Source: an uncultured Oscillospiraceae bacterium (lineage in GTDB: Bacteria > Bacillota > Clostridia > Oscillospirales > Oscillospiraceae). Taken from it: a DNA stretch of 64,000 bases. This document shows positions 33,461-42,244 of this stretch, piece after piece; position 1 is the first letter of the stretch; each line of letters opens with the position of its first letter. Location: positions 5,786 to 69,785 of the forward strand of contig CANRFN010000010.1 of assembly GCA_947629915.1 (NCBI GenBank). Reading direction: 5' to 3'. The notes under the pieces were generated by a model. It saw nothing but the letters and a program-made list of their open reading frames with translations, was not told the origin of the DNA and did no database searches. The translations under genes were made by a program, and so were the position numbers.

Positions 33461-36400
33461 ATGTTGAAACGAATTCTCTCCCTGTTGCTTTCCCTGGCCC
33501 TTGTGTGCGGCCTGGGCATCGGCGCCTTGCCCCACGAGGCCCATGCCCACGACCTGACCCACACGGATGCCGCAGGCGGCGAAGTGTACAGCACCAGTAC
33601 CAGTACCAGCGGCGGCTGTATTGCCGCCGGCCGGCAGCATGAATATGTGGGCACCGTGACCCTTCAGCCCACCCGGACCCAGGCGGGCGAGGTCACCTTC
33701 GCCTGCTCCGTCTGCGGGGACAAGTTCACCCGCGTCTTGCCCGCCATGGGCACCGATGAGGACCGGGGCTGCCTGGTCTACACCATGGAGGGCGCAGGCC
33801 CCGTGGATGCCTATGACCACAGCTACGGGCGCATTGTGGAGGGCACCTACTTTGCCAAACAGACCTCGGACACCACATGGGAGGAGAGCATCCGCAGCTA
33901 CATCTGCCCGGATACTGGCACCTACCACAGTGTGGTCTGGCATGCGGCCAGCCCCACCTGCACCCTCAGCGACTACTCCTATTACCGCTGCACCATCTGC
34001 GGCGAGATGGAGCTGCAGGAGTTCAAGCCCGCCCTGGGCCACAACTACATCTCCCGGGTGACCGTGCAGCCCACCAAGGACGCCCCTGGGGTGCGCACCT
34101 ATTACTGCACCTCCTGCCGGGCGACCTACACCGAGGAGATCCCCCGCCTCAGCGGTGGCTATCTCGTGAACGTGCCCGCCAGCAACGGCATCGCCCCCTT
34201 TGACAGCTACGGCCGGGGCACCGGCCGGGTGGAGGGCGGCACCTACTTTGCCCAGCAGACCGGCGAGGGCACCTACAAGAGTGTGATGGCGGAGTACAAC
34301 TGCCCCGTCACGAAGAAGCCCCATGTGGTCCACCTCCACAAGGCCGCCCCGGACTGCACCATGGGCGACTATGACTACTACTACTGCGAGAACTGCGAGG
34401 AGAAGGAACTGCTGGGCGCCACCGAGGCCCTGGGCCACGCCTATGTGGGGGAGATCAAGGTGGCCCCCACCGCCACGGCAGAGGGACTCATCGAGTACAC
34501 CTGCTCCCGTTGCTATGACGAGCAGACCAGAACCCTGCCCGCCACCAAGACGGCGGAAGACCGGGGCTGCAAGATCTATGTCATGGACGGCATCGGCCCC
34601 TATGACAAGTTCGGCAACAGCTACGGCCGGATCATCGGCGGCGCCTACTCCGCCGAGCAGACCGGTGAGGACCAGTGGAAAGAGCGGATCTGGGACTACA
34701 TCTGCCCGGAGACCAACGCCAAGCACTCCGTGATCTGGCATGAGGCCGAGGCCACCTGCACCCAGAGCGACTACTCCTATTACTACTGCGAGGACTGCGG
34801 CGAGATGGAGCTCCAGGGCCTGGAGGAGGCCACCGGCCACACGTACACCTCCAAGGTGACTGTCCAGCCCACCGAGTCCACCCCCGGCGTTCTGACCTAC
34901 ACCTGCGAGGTCTGCGGCTACTCCTACACCGAGAGCATCCAGCCCGCCAAGGGCGGATGCCTGGTGAACGTGCCGGAGAGCGAGGGCCCCTTTGACGATT
35001 TTGGCCGGGCCTACACCCGCATCGATGGCGGCACCTACTTCGCCAAGGAGTACCGCAAGGGCCAGTACGACTCCCTGATCGAGACCTACCCCTGCTCGGC
35101 CAACAACGGCGGCGAGCACGAGATCGTGAACCATGTGGCCACCCCCACCTGTGTCTTCAGCGACTACGACTACAAGACCTGCACCCGCTGCCATGAGACC
35201 GAGCTTCTGGGCCTCCATGAGGCCCTGGGCCACAACTATGTGGGGGAGATCAAGGTAAAGCCCACCGAGACCAGCACCGGCAACGTGGCCCTCACCTGCG
35301 ACCGCTGCGGGGAGAGCACCGTGAAGACCCTGCCTGCCCTGGGCACCGCCGAGTCCCGGGGCTGCAAGGTCTACGCCCCCGAGGGATACGGCCCCTTTGA
35401 CGCATACAAGCGGAGCTACGGCCGGATCGTGGGCGGCACCTACTACGCCCAGCAGACCAGCGACACCCACTACGAGATCAAGATCCGCAACTACATCTGC
35501 CCGTCCACCGGCAAGACCCACCGGCTGGAGTACCACGAGGCGGAGCCGGACTGCGAGCTGGCGGACTACAACTACTACACCTGCGTCAGCTGCGGCGAGA
35601 CCGAGCTGCTGGCCAAGGTGGAGGCCACCGGCCACAAGTACACCGTCTCCGTGACCAAGGAGCCCACGGAATCCACCGCCGGCGTGCGGACCTACACCTG
35701 CAGCGTCTGCGGCAAGAGCTACACCGAGGAGATCCCTCCCGTGGTAAACGGCTGCCTCGTAGACGTGCCGGTGGGGGAGGGCCCCTTTGACGACTACGGG
35801 CGGAGCACCGGCCGGGTCTCCGGTGGCACCTACTTCGCCAAGCAGTCCGGGGAGGACACCTTCGAAAAGCTGATCGGCACCTACATCTGCTCCGCCAACG
35901 ATGGCAAGACCCACGTCCTGGCCACCCACACCGCGGCCCCCAGCTGCACCCTCTCCGATTACGACTATCAGTACTGCACCCTCTGCGGGGAGCGGGAGCT
36001 CTACGCCCTTCACGAGGCCCTGGGCCACAGCAACGAGGCGGTGCTCACCACCGCCCCCACTGAGACGGTGCCCGGCGTGATCACCCTCACCTGCACCCGC
36101 TGCGGCACCAAGTCCACCGAGACCATCTCCGCCACCAAGACCCCGGCGGAGCGGGGCTGCCTGGTCTACGTCCCTGAGGGATACGGGGACAAGGACACCC
36201 TGGGCCACAGCTACAGCCGGGTGGTGCGGGGCACCTACTTCGCGGAGACCAACGACAAGGGCGTACTGGTGCCCAAGATCGACACCTACACCTGTCCGGT
36301 GAGCGGCGGCAAGCACAACCTGATCCAGCACAAGGCGGACCCCACCTGCACCCTCTCGGACTACAACTACGCCACTTGCACCCACTGCGGCGAGACCGAG

Positions 36401-38425
36401 CTCTATGAGCTGGCCCCCGCCCTGGGTCACACCGGCACCTCCGTGATCCTCACTCCGGCCACCGCCGGCAAAGAGGGCCTGCTCCAGTTCACCTGCACCC
36501 GCTGCAACCAGAAGGGCACCGAGCCCATCCCGTCCCTGGACCTGCCCACCGAGGACACCGCCCACCGGGACAGCAGCGCAAAACCGCTCTTCAGCCGCAA
36601 CGTCTCCGCCCAGGACTATGAGTTCCAGGGACAGGTGCCCAACTCCTATCTCTACCAGCGGGTGGACGGCAACCTCTGCCGGGTGGAGTTTGCCGGCGGC
36701 ACCGTCCAGGTGGAGGTGTACACCCCGGACTACCAGCTGCTGAACACCTCCAAGGTGGAGATGGAGCTCTCCACCTTCTGCGGGTTCTACGCCGGCCAGA
36801 GCTTCAACTTCGTGGTCTATGGCCAGGAGAACCAGACTGAGACCGACACCACCGAGGTCTACCGGGTGGTGAAGTACGCCAAGGACTGGACCAGACTGGG
36901 CGCTGTGAGCCTGATGGGCGAGTCCACCGCCGTCCCAGGCGGCGTGCGCATGGCGGAGTACAACGGCTATCTCTATGTCCGGGGCAGCCGCACCGCCTAC
37001 ACCGGCGCATACGGCACCCGCTACACCTCCAACATCACCTTTGTGATCCAGCAGTCCACCATGACTACTGTGGACAAGTTCACCGGCTTTACCAATGCCC
37101 AGGCCGGCTCCTTCGAGGAGTCCATGGCCCAGTACCTCGGCATTGACGGCGCAGGCTATCTCGTCACCGCAGACCAGGCCGCCGGCTCCTACCGCGGCAT
37201 CCTGCTGAGCCGCTTCGCCCAGCAGGCCGGTTCTAACAAGCTCTATCCCGAGGATCTGGCCACCTGCGTGAACACGGTAACCATGCTGCCCCTGGTGGGC
37301 CAGGCGGGGGACCAGTACACCGGCGCCTCCCTGGGCGGGCTGGCTCTCTCCAACAGCTACTTTGCCGTGGTGAGCGTGAACAGCCAGGCCGCGGCGGACG
37401 CCACCCGTGAGGCCCGCAACATCATGGTGCTCTCCCTGAACAGCGAGGACGCCGCCAAGGCCGATGCCGCCGCCAAGACCGTATACCTCACCAACTACAC
37501 CACCTCCAGCCTCCAGTCCGCCTCCACCCCGCAGCTCGTGAAGTTCTCCGATGACCTCTCCCTGGTCCTCTGGGAGATCAAGAGCGATGCCGGGGACGGC
37601 ACCCGTAGGTACGGCGTGGGCAGCGGCTCCGGCACCATCGGCTACGTCTTCCTGGACGGCCACGGCGCCGTGAAGGGCACCGTCCAGACCGCCGCCGGCT
37701 ATCTCTCGGACTGCCAGCCTATCGTGGTGAACGGCAAGGCCGTGTGGTACGTCACCGGGTCCGGCAGCAACGAGAAGGGCGATCCCATCTTCTACACCCT
37801 GGACCAGAACGGCACCCTCACCGCCTCCCCGTGGCGCCACGCCGCACCGTACTTCAACGATGTGCCGGAGGGCGAGTGGTACTTCGCCCATGTGCAGCAG
37901 GCCCATGAGGAGGGCGCTGTGAACGGCGTCCCCAGCACCACCGGAACCGGCATGGATTACCTCCCGGGCAACACCATCCAGGTGGCAGACTTCTCCGGCA
38001 TGCTGGTGAACGCCTTCTACGGGGATGAGGACACCGCGGGCAGCGTGACGCCCTGGTATGCCAACAAGATCGCCGTGATGGAGCGGCACAGCCTCTTTGC
38101 CGGCATGGACGCCCTGGAGCCCACCAGCGTGATCAACCGGTACAACATGGCGGTGATCCTGTACAACATCCTGGTGGACCACAACGTCACCATGCCCACC
38201 AACGAGCAGCTGCTGGCCGCCCAGCAGAGAATCCGGGACTGGAAGGACGTGCCGGAGCGGTTCCAGAGGGCCGTCTCGGTGTGCTTCGCCCTGGACGTCC
38301 TCACCGGCACGGAATCCGGTGACTTCGCCGGCAGCATCGCCATGAACCGTGCCCAGATGGCCGCCACCTACTGCAACCTCTCCGATGCCCTGAAGACCCC
38401 GGTGCCCGCCGCGCCGGCGGCCTGA
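33461..38425 (+). CDS. Giant secreted SLH-anchored protein with seven Cys/His-rich modules and a central beta-rich domain
   Basis: ATG 33461 after AAGGAGG. Signal peptide MLKRILSLLLSLALVCGLGIGALPHEAHA. Seven ~135-aa modules each contain (Y)GR(I/V).GGTYFA.Q, C(P)..H....H.A.P.C, SDY.YY.C..CGE.EL, ALGH.Y and TYTC..CG.SYTE.IP. The C-terminus carries SLH-like repeats (FNDVPEGEWYFAHVQQAHEEGAVNG, DWKDVPERFQRAVSVCFALDVLTG). Confidence 0.85.
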   Translation: MLKRILSLLLSLALVCGLGIGALPHEAHAHDLTHTDAAGGEVYSTSTSTSGGCIAAGRQHEYVGTVTLQPTRTQAGEVTFACSVCGDKFTRVLPAMGTDEDRGCLVYTMEGAGPVDAYDHSYGRIVEGTYFAKQTSDTTWEESIRSYICPDTGTYHSVVWHAASPTCTLSDYSYYRCTICGEMELQEFKPALGHNYISRVTVQPTKDAPGVRTYYCTSCRATYTEEIPRLSGGYLVNVPASNGIAPFDSYGRGTGRVEGGTYFAQQTGEGTYKSVMAEYNCPVTKKPHVVHLHKAAPDCTMGDYDYYYCENCEEKELLGATEALGHAYVGEIKVAPTATAEGLIEYTCSRCYDEQTRTLPATKTAEDRGCKIYVMDGIGPYDKFGNSYGRIIGGAYSAEQTGEDQWKERIWDYICPETNAKHSVIWHEAEATCTQSDYSYYYCEDCGEMELQGLEEATGHTYTSKVTVQPTESTPGVLTYTCEVCGYSYTESIQPAKGGCLVNVPESEGPFDDFGRAYTRIDGGTYFAKEYRKGQYDSLIETYPCSANNGGEHEIVNHVATPTCVFSDYDYKTCTRCHETELLGLHEALGHNYVGEIKVKPTETSTGNVALTCDRCGESTVKTLPALGTAESRGCKVYAPEGYGPFDAYKRSYGRIVGGTYYAQQTSDTHYEIKIRNYICPSTGKTHRLEYHEAEPDCELADYNYYTCVSCGETELLAKVEATGHKYTVSVTKEPTESTAGVRTYTCSVCGKSYTEEIPPVVNGCLVDVPVGEGPFDDYGRSTGRVSGGTYFAKQSGEDTFEKLIGTYICSANDGKTHVLATHTAAPSCTLSDYDYQYCTLCGERELYALHEALGHSNEAVLTTAPTETVPGVITLTCTRCGTKSTETISATKTPAERGCLVYVPEGYGDKDTLGHSYSRVVRGTYFAETNDKGVLVPKIDTYTCPVSGGKHNLIQHKADPTCTLSDYNYATCTHCGETELYELAPALGHTGTSVILTPATAGKEGLLQFTCTRCNQKGTEPIPSLDLPTEDTAHRDSSAKPLFSRNVSAQDYEFQGQVPNSYLYQRVDGNLCRVEFAGGTVQVEVYTPDYQLLNTSKVEMELSTFCGFYAGQSFNFVVYGQENQTETDTTEVYRVVKYAKDWTRLGAVSLMGESTAVPGGVRMAEYNGYLYVRGSRTAYTGAYGTRYTSNITFVIQQSTMTTVDKFTGFTNAQAGSFEESMAQYLGIDGAGYLVTADQAAGSYRGILLSRFAQQAGSNKLYPEDLATCVNTVTMLPLVGQAGDQYTGASLGGLALSNSYFAVVSVNSQAAADATREARNIMVLSLNSEDAAKADAAAKTVYLTNYTTSSLQSASTPQLVKFSDDLSLVLWEIKSDAGDGTRRYGVGSGSGTIGYVFLDGHGAVKGTVQTAAGYLSDCQPIVVNGKAVWYVTGSGSNEKGDPIFYTLDQNGTLTASPWRHAAPYFNDVPEGEWYFAHVQQAHEEGAVNGVPSTTGTGMDYLPGNTIQVADFSGMLVNAFYGDEDTAGSVTPWYANKIAVMERHSLFAGMDALEPTSVINRYNMAVILYNILVDHNVTMPTNEQLLAAQQRIRDWKDVPERFQRAVSVCFALDVLTGTESGDFAGSIAMNRAQMAATYCNLSDALKTPVPAAPAA
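33640..36540 (+). repeat. Coding tandem repeats (~400-420 bp, seven units, two alternating subtypes)
   Basis: CxxCGE(M/T/R)EL recurs seven times (CTICGEMEL, CENCEEKEL, CEDCGEMEL, CTRCHETEL, CVSCGETEL, CTLCGEREL, CTHCGETEL). Unit openings alternate between (T)AE(D/S)RGC(K/L)(I/V)Y and GGCLVNVP/NGCLVDVP. Confidence 0.75.
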
Positions 38426-38451
38426 GCCCATCCCAATCGGCTAGAACACAG

Positions 38452-38495
38452 ATCGCCCCGGGCTGCGCATGCCGCGCCCGGGGCGATTTATTTCG
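38452..38495 (+). terminator. Rho-independent terminator of the giant surface-protein gene
   Basis: ATCGCCCCGGG..CCCGGGGCGAT stem followed by TTATTTCG. Confidence 0.8.
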
Positions 38496-38515
38496 CATTT
38501 CGGCAAAATTTCCCC

Positions 38516-38544
38516 TTGACAGGCCTCCCCTCAGGGTGTATCCT
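38516..38544 (+). promoter_or_regulatory. Promoter of csoR-copA
   Basis: TTGACA (38516-38521), 17 nt, TATCCT (38539-38544). Confidence 0.55.
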
Positions 38545-38556
38545 ACCGCCATGGGA

Positions 38557-38580
38557 ACACTCCCCCCCAGGGGGGTATCT
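38557..38580 (+). promoter_or_regulatory. Probable CsoR operator (GC-tract pseudo-palindrome)
   Basis: ACACTCCCCCCCAGGGGGGTATCT has C6-A-G6 symmetry ending in GGGGGGTAT, like the GC-tract/GGGGGTAT boxes of Firmicute copper operons. Located between the -10 and the RBS. Confidence 0.5.
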
Positions 38581-38596
38581 GAAAGGAGCGAGCCAT

Positions 38597-38857
38597 ATGG
38601 TGGCAGATCAGAAGACCGTGCTGCGGCTTCTGAAGACCGCGAGAGGCCAGATCGATGGCATCATCCGCATGGTGGAAGAGGACCGGTACTGCATGGACAT
38701 CTCCCAGCAGGTCACCGCCACGGATGCGCTGCTGCGCCGGGCCAACCGGGAGATCCTCACCGCCCACCTGAAGCACTGCGTGGAGCACGCCTCCAGCGAT
38801 GCGGAGCGGTCTCAGAAAATCGATGAATTGGTGGCGGCGCTGGGCAAAATCCTATAG
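38597..38857 (+). CDS. csoR: Copper-sensing transcriptional repressor CsoR
   Basis: LLKTARGQIDGIIRMVEEDRYCMDISQQV.A....L......IL..HLKHCV has the CsoR/RcnR fold with the C-H-C ligand pattern. ATG 38597 after GAAAGGAG. Confidence 0.9.
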   Translation: MVADQKTVLRLLKTARGQIDGIIRMVEEDRYCMDISQQVTATDALLRRANREILTAHLKHCVEHASSDAERSQKIDELVAALGKIL

Positions 38858-38899
38858 GGGAGTGCCCCATCCGCTGGTTTAGAAAGGTCGGTGTTTTGT

Positions 38900-41437
38900 A
38901 TGAGACAAAAGTTTACCGTTACCGGTATGACCTGTTCCGCCTGCTCTGCCCATGTGGACAAGGCGGTGCGGAAGCTGCCCGGGGTGACCGAGGTGAACGT
39001 GAACCTCCTCGGCGCCTCCATGACGGTGGATTACGAGGGAGACCTCACCCCGGAGACCATCATCGCCGCGGTGGAGAAGGCGGGGTACGGCGCCCAGCTG
39101 CCGGCGGCCCCCGGACAGAAGGCCGCCCCGGTGCGGCCGGCAGGGGAGGCCATGCAGGACGAGCTGAAGCACATGAAGTTCCGGCTCATCTCCTCCTTCT
39201 GCTTTTTGATCCCCCTCTTCTATATCTCCATGGGCCACATGATGGGCTGGCCCCTGCCGGGCTTCCTGCTGGGCCACGAGAACATGCTCACCTTCTCCCT
39301 GGTGCTGCTGCTGCTCACCCTGCCCATCATGTATATCAACGACAAGTACTACAAAGTGGGCTTTAAGACCCTGGCCCACCTGAGCCCCAACATGGACTCC
39401 CTGATCGCCCTGGGCTCGGCGGCCGCCTTCCTCTACAGCATCTGGGCCATGTTCCAGCTGGCATACGGCTTCGGCCACGGGGACATGGCGGTGGTGGAGC
39501 GCTGGCACATGAGCCTGTACTTCGAGTCCGCCGGCATGATTCTCACCCTCATCACCCTGGGCAAGTACCTGGAGACCCGCTCCAAGGGCAAGACCGGCGA
39601 GGCCATCTCCCGGCTCATCGATCTCACTCCCAAGACCGCCACCGTGCTCCGGGGCGGGGTGGAGCTGGAGATCCCCGTGGAAGAGGTGCAGGTGGGGGAC
39701 CGGGTGCTGGTCCGCCCCGGCGGCTCCGTGCCGGTGGACGGCGTGGTGGCAGAGGGCGCCTCCTCGGTGGATGAGTCCGCCCTCACCGGCGAGTCCATCC
39801 CGGTGGACAAGGGCGTGGGAGATACCGTGATCTCCGCCTCCATCAACAAGTCCGGCGTGCTGGTGCTGGAGGCCACCCGGGTGGGCGAGGACACCACCCT
39901 GGCCCAGATGATCCGCCTGGTGGACGAGGCCGCCTCCTCCAAGGCCCCCATCGCCAAACTGGCAGACAAGGTGGCCGGCGTGTTTGTCCCCGCCGTGATC
40001 GGCATCGCCTTGGTCACCGCCGCCGCATGGCTCATCGCCACCGGCAGCGCCGAGCGGGCCCTCACCTCCGGCGTGGCCGTTCTCGTGATCTCCTGTCCCT
40101 GCGCCATGGGCCTCGCCACCCCCGTGTCCATCATGGTGGGCACCGGCAAGGGGGCGGAGCACGGCATCCTGGTGAAGTCTGCCGAGGGCCTGGAGCGGCT
40201 CCGCTCGGTGTCCACCATCGTCCTGGACAAGACCGGCACCGTGACCCAGGGCAAGCCTAGGGTTACCGATCTCTACCCCCTGGGGGACACCACGGTGGAA
40301 GAACTGCTGTGCGTGGCCGCCTCTCTGGAGAAGCCCTCTGAGCACCCCCTGGGCGCCGCCATTGTGGAGGAGGCCAACCGCCGGAATATCCCACTCTGCG
40401 CGGTAGAGGACTTCCAGGCCATCCACGGCAAGGGCGTCCAGGGCAAGATCCAGGGCGCCTCCTACATGGCAGGCAATGTGGCCATGCTGCAGGACGGGGC
40501 GTTGTCCATGGGCAAGAACCGGATGATCGCCGAGACCCTGGCGGAACAGGGCAAGACCCCGCTGTTCTTCGCGGAGAACGGACACCTCATCGGCATCGTG
40601 GCCCTGGCGGACACCGTAAAGCCCACCAGCAAGGCCGCCATCGAGGGATTCCGGAAGATGGGCCTGAAGGTGGTCCTGCTCACCGGAGACAACCGCCGCA
40701 CCGCCAACGCCATCGGCAAAGAGCTGGGCCTCACCGATGTGATCGCCGAGGTGCTGCCCACGGATAAGGAGCGGCAGATCGCCGCCCTCCAGGAGAAGGG
40801 CGAAAAGGTGGCCATGGTGGGCGATGGCGTCAACGACGCCCCTGCCCTGGCCCGGGCAGATGTGGGCGTGGCCATCGGCGCCGGCGCGGACGTGGCCATC
40901 GAGTCCGCCGACATCGTGCTGATGAAGTCCGATCTGGTGGATGCCGTCACGGCGGTGGAGCTCTCCCGGGCCACCATCCGCAACGTGAAGCAGAACCTCT
41001 TCTGGGCCTTCTTCTACAACGTGATCTGCATCCCCATGGCAGCCGGCCTCTTCGGCTTCCAGCTGGATCCCATGTGGGCCGCCGCGGCCATGAGCCTGAG
41101 CTCGGTTACGGTGGTATCCAACGCCCTGCGGCTGCGGTTCTTTAAGCCCAGCATCGCACCCCAGGCCATCCCAGACAGCACCGGCGAACAACCCGCCGCT
41201 GTATATGAATCCGTCCCTGAGACGAAAGGAGCACAAACAGCTATGAAAAAGGTAACCATCGAGGGCATGATGTGCATGCACTGCCGCGCCAGAGTGGAGA
41301 AGGCCCTGCAGGCGCTGGACCCCAACGCCACCGTTGATCTGGAGAGCAAGACCGGCACCGTAGCGGACACCGTGGCCGATGACGCCATCCGCCACGCTAT
41401 CACCGAGGCCGGCTACGAAGTGACCGCCATCGCCTGA
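38900..41437 (+). CDS. copA: Copper-translocating P1B-type ATPase with N-terminal and C-terminal HMA domains
   Basis: N-HMA GMTCSACSAHV, TGES, CPC (SCPCAMGLATP), DKTGT, GDGVNDAP. An extra C-terminal HMA (KKVTIEGMMCMHCRARVEKAL...GYEVTAIA). ATG 38900 preferred to GTG 38891 on RBS spacing. Confidence 0.92.
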   Translation: MRQKFTVTGMTCSACSAHVDKAVRKLPGVTEVNVNLLGASMTVDYEGDLTPETIIAAVEKAGYGAQLPAAPGQKAAPVRPAGEAMQDELKHMKFRLISSFCFLIPLFYISMGHMMGWPLPGFLLGHENMLTFSLVLLLLTLPIMYINDKYYKVGFKTLAHLSPNMDSLIALGSAAAFLYSIWAMFQLAYGFGHGDMAVVERWHMSLYFESAGMILTLITLGKYLETRSKGKTGEAISRLIDLTPKTATVLRGGVELEIPVEEVQVGDRVLVRPGGSVPVDGVVAEGASSVDESALTGESIPVDKGVGDTVISASINKSGVLVLEATRVGEDTTLAQMIRLVDEAASSKAPIAKLADKVAGVFVPAVIGIALVTAAAWLIATGSAERALTSGVAVLVISCPCAMGLATPVSIMVGTGKGAEHGILVKSAEGLERLRSVSTIVLDKTGTVTQGKPRVTDLYPLGDTTVEELLCVAASLEKPSEHPLGAAIVEEANRRNIPLCAVEDFQAIHGKGVQGKIQGASYMAGNVAMLQDGALSMGKNRMIAETLAEQGKTPLFFAENGHLIGIVALADTVKPTSKAAIEGFRKMGLKVVLLTGDNRRTANAIGKELGLTDVIAEVLPTDKERQIAALQEKGEKVAMVGDGVNDAPALARADVGVAIGAGADVAIESADIVLMKSDLVDAVTAVELSRATIRNVKQNLFWAFFYNVICIPMAAGLFGFQLDPMWAAAAMSLSSVTVVSNALRLRFFKPSIAPQAIPDSTGEQPAAVYESVPETKGAQTAMKKVTIEGMMCMHCRARVEKALQALDPNATVDLESKTGTVADTVADDAIRHAITEAGYEVTAIA

Positions 41438-41453
41438 GCAATAGAACAAAAAG

Positions 41454-41487
41454 GAACATCCCCACCCGGGCCCGGGTGGGGATGTTC
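41454..41487. terminator. Bidirectional terminator palindrome between copA (+) and the peptidase gene (-)
   Basis: GAACATCCCCACCCGGG|CCCGGGTGGGGATGTTC. CTTTTTG follows on the minus strand. Confidence 0.7.
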
Positions 41488-41506
41488 GCGTATCTGGTGA
41501 TTCTCT

Positions 41507-42244
41507 TCAGAGCAGGAGGACAGACGCACCGTCCTGGCAGAGTTCGGTGATCGCCCCGTCCCGGATCTGGTACGCCTCCCCGTACAGGGTGGTCTTTCCG
41601 TCCTCCAGAACGAGGTAGCTGCCATCGTTCAGGGCGAGGAGGGTGTGGCCCATGCTGTCCGGCAGGGTGATGTCCTCGGTCATCCGAGGGCCGTCCAGGA
41701 TCTCGTCCCGCACCACCTGCATGTGGGGGAAGATGTTGATCTCGGTGAGCCCGAGGCCGGGGAGCCACCGCTGGAATTGGGGATCGATGGCCTCTCCGGG
41801 GAGCTCCGGGCCGGCGTACACGGACTCCGCGCAGTTCATGGACCCGGCGCTCATGGCGATGAGGGTGCCCCGAAAGTCCTGCAGGCGCTCTCTCAGCTGC
41901 AGCTGCCGAAAGAACCGGTTCTGGGTGGGCACATGGCCGCCGGTGAGGAGCAGGATGTCTGCGTGAGGGAGGCTCTCAACGTCTGCCAGGTTCCTCTTGT
42001 CTACGATGCGGACAGAGGATACGGGAAGGCCGCTCATGGGAAAGGACGCGGCATAGAGGGCCTGGAAGTTGTCTGCCTTGGGGTGGTCTGCGGGATCGGC
42101 GGGGAGGATCAGAACCTCGGCATGCGCCGGCCAGACGGCCTTCAGCTGGTCCAGAAGGCCGTTGGTGTTCTGAATCGGCGCCGGGATGCGGAGCCCCTTT
42201 TCCTTCCGGTATCCGCCCAGGCTGCTGGTGAGGATGGCTCTCAT
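41507..42244 (-). CDS. Peptidase S51 family (dipeptidase E-like, type 1 glutamine amidotransferase-like fold)
   Basis: MRAILTSSLGG.., LLLTGGHV, IAMSAGSMN (nucleophile Ser context). ATG 42244 overlaps the upstream stop (ATGA). The track's longer N-terminus is rejected. Confidence 0.8.
   Translation of the reverse strand: MRAILTSSLGGYRKEKGLRIPAPIQNTNGLLDQLKAVWPAHAEVLILPADPADHPKADNFQALYAASFPMSGLPVSSVRIVDKRNLADVESLPHADILLLTGGHVPTQNRFFRQLQLRERLQDFRGTLIAMSAGSMNCAESVYAGPELPGEAIDPQFQRWLPGLGLTEINIFPHMQVVRDEILDGPRMTEDITLPDSMGHTLLALNDGSYLVLEDGKTTLYGEAYQIRDGAITELCQDGASVLLL

Noticed and set aside
33332-38431. 1699-aa minus-strand ORF, with similar long antisense ORFs at 38879..41449(-), 56286..58523(-), 58665..60524(-), 10399..12018(-), 14472..15767(-), 15700..16896(-), 17123..18493(+), 18937..20304(+), 24418..25641(+), 25643..27064(+), 27766..29247(+), 5886..7244(+), 43256..44911(+) and 48990..50555(-)
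   Set aside because: Each lies exactly opposite a gene with clear family motifs (SLH exoprotein, copA, ddl/murF, ABC-F, ftsK and others). Their translations are G/A/V/H/R/L-rich low-complexity strings without motifs. That is the expected stop-poor antisense frame in GC-rich DNA.
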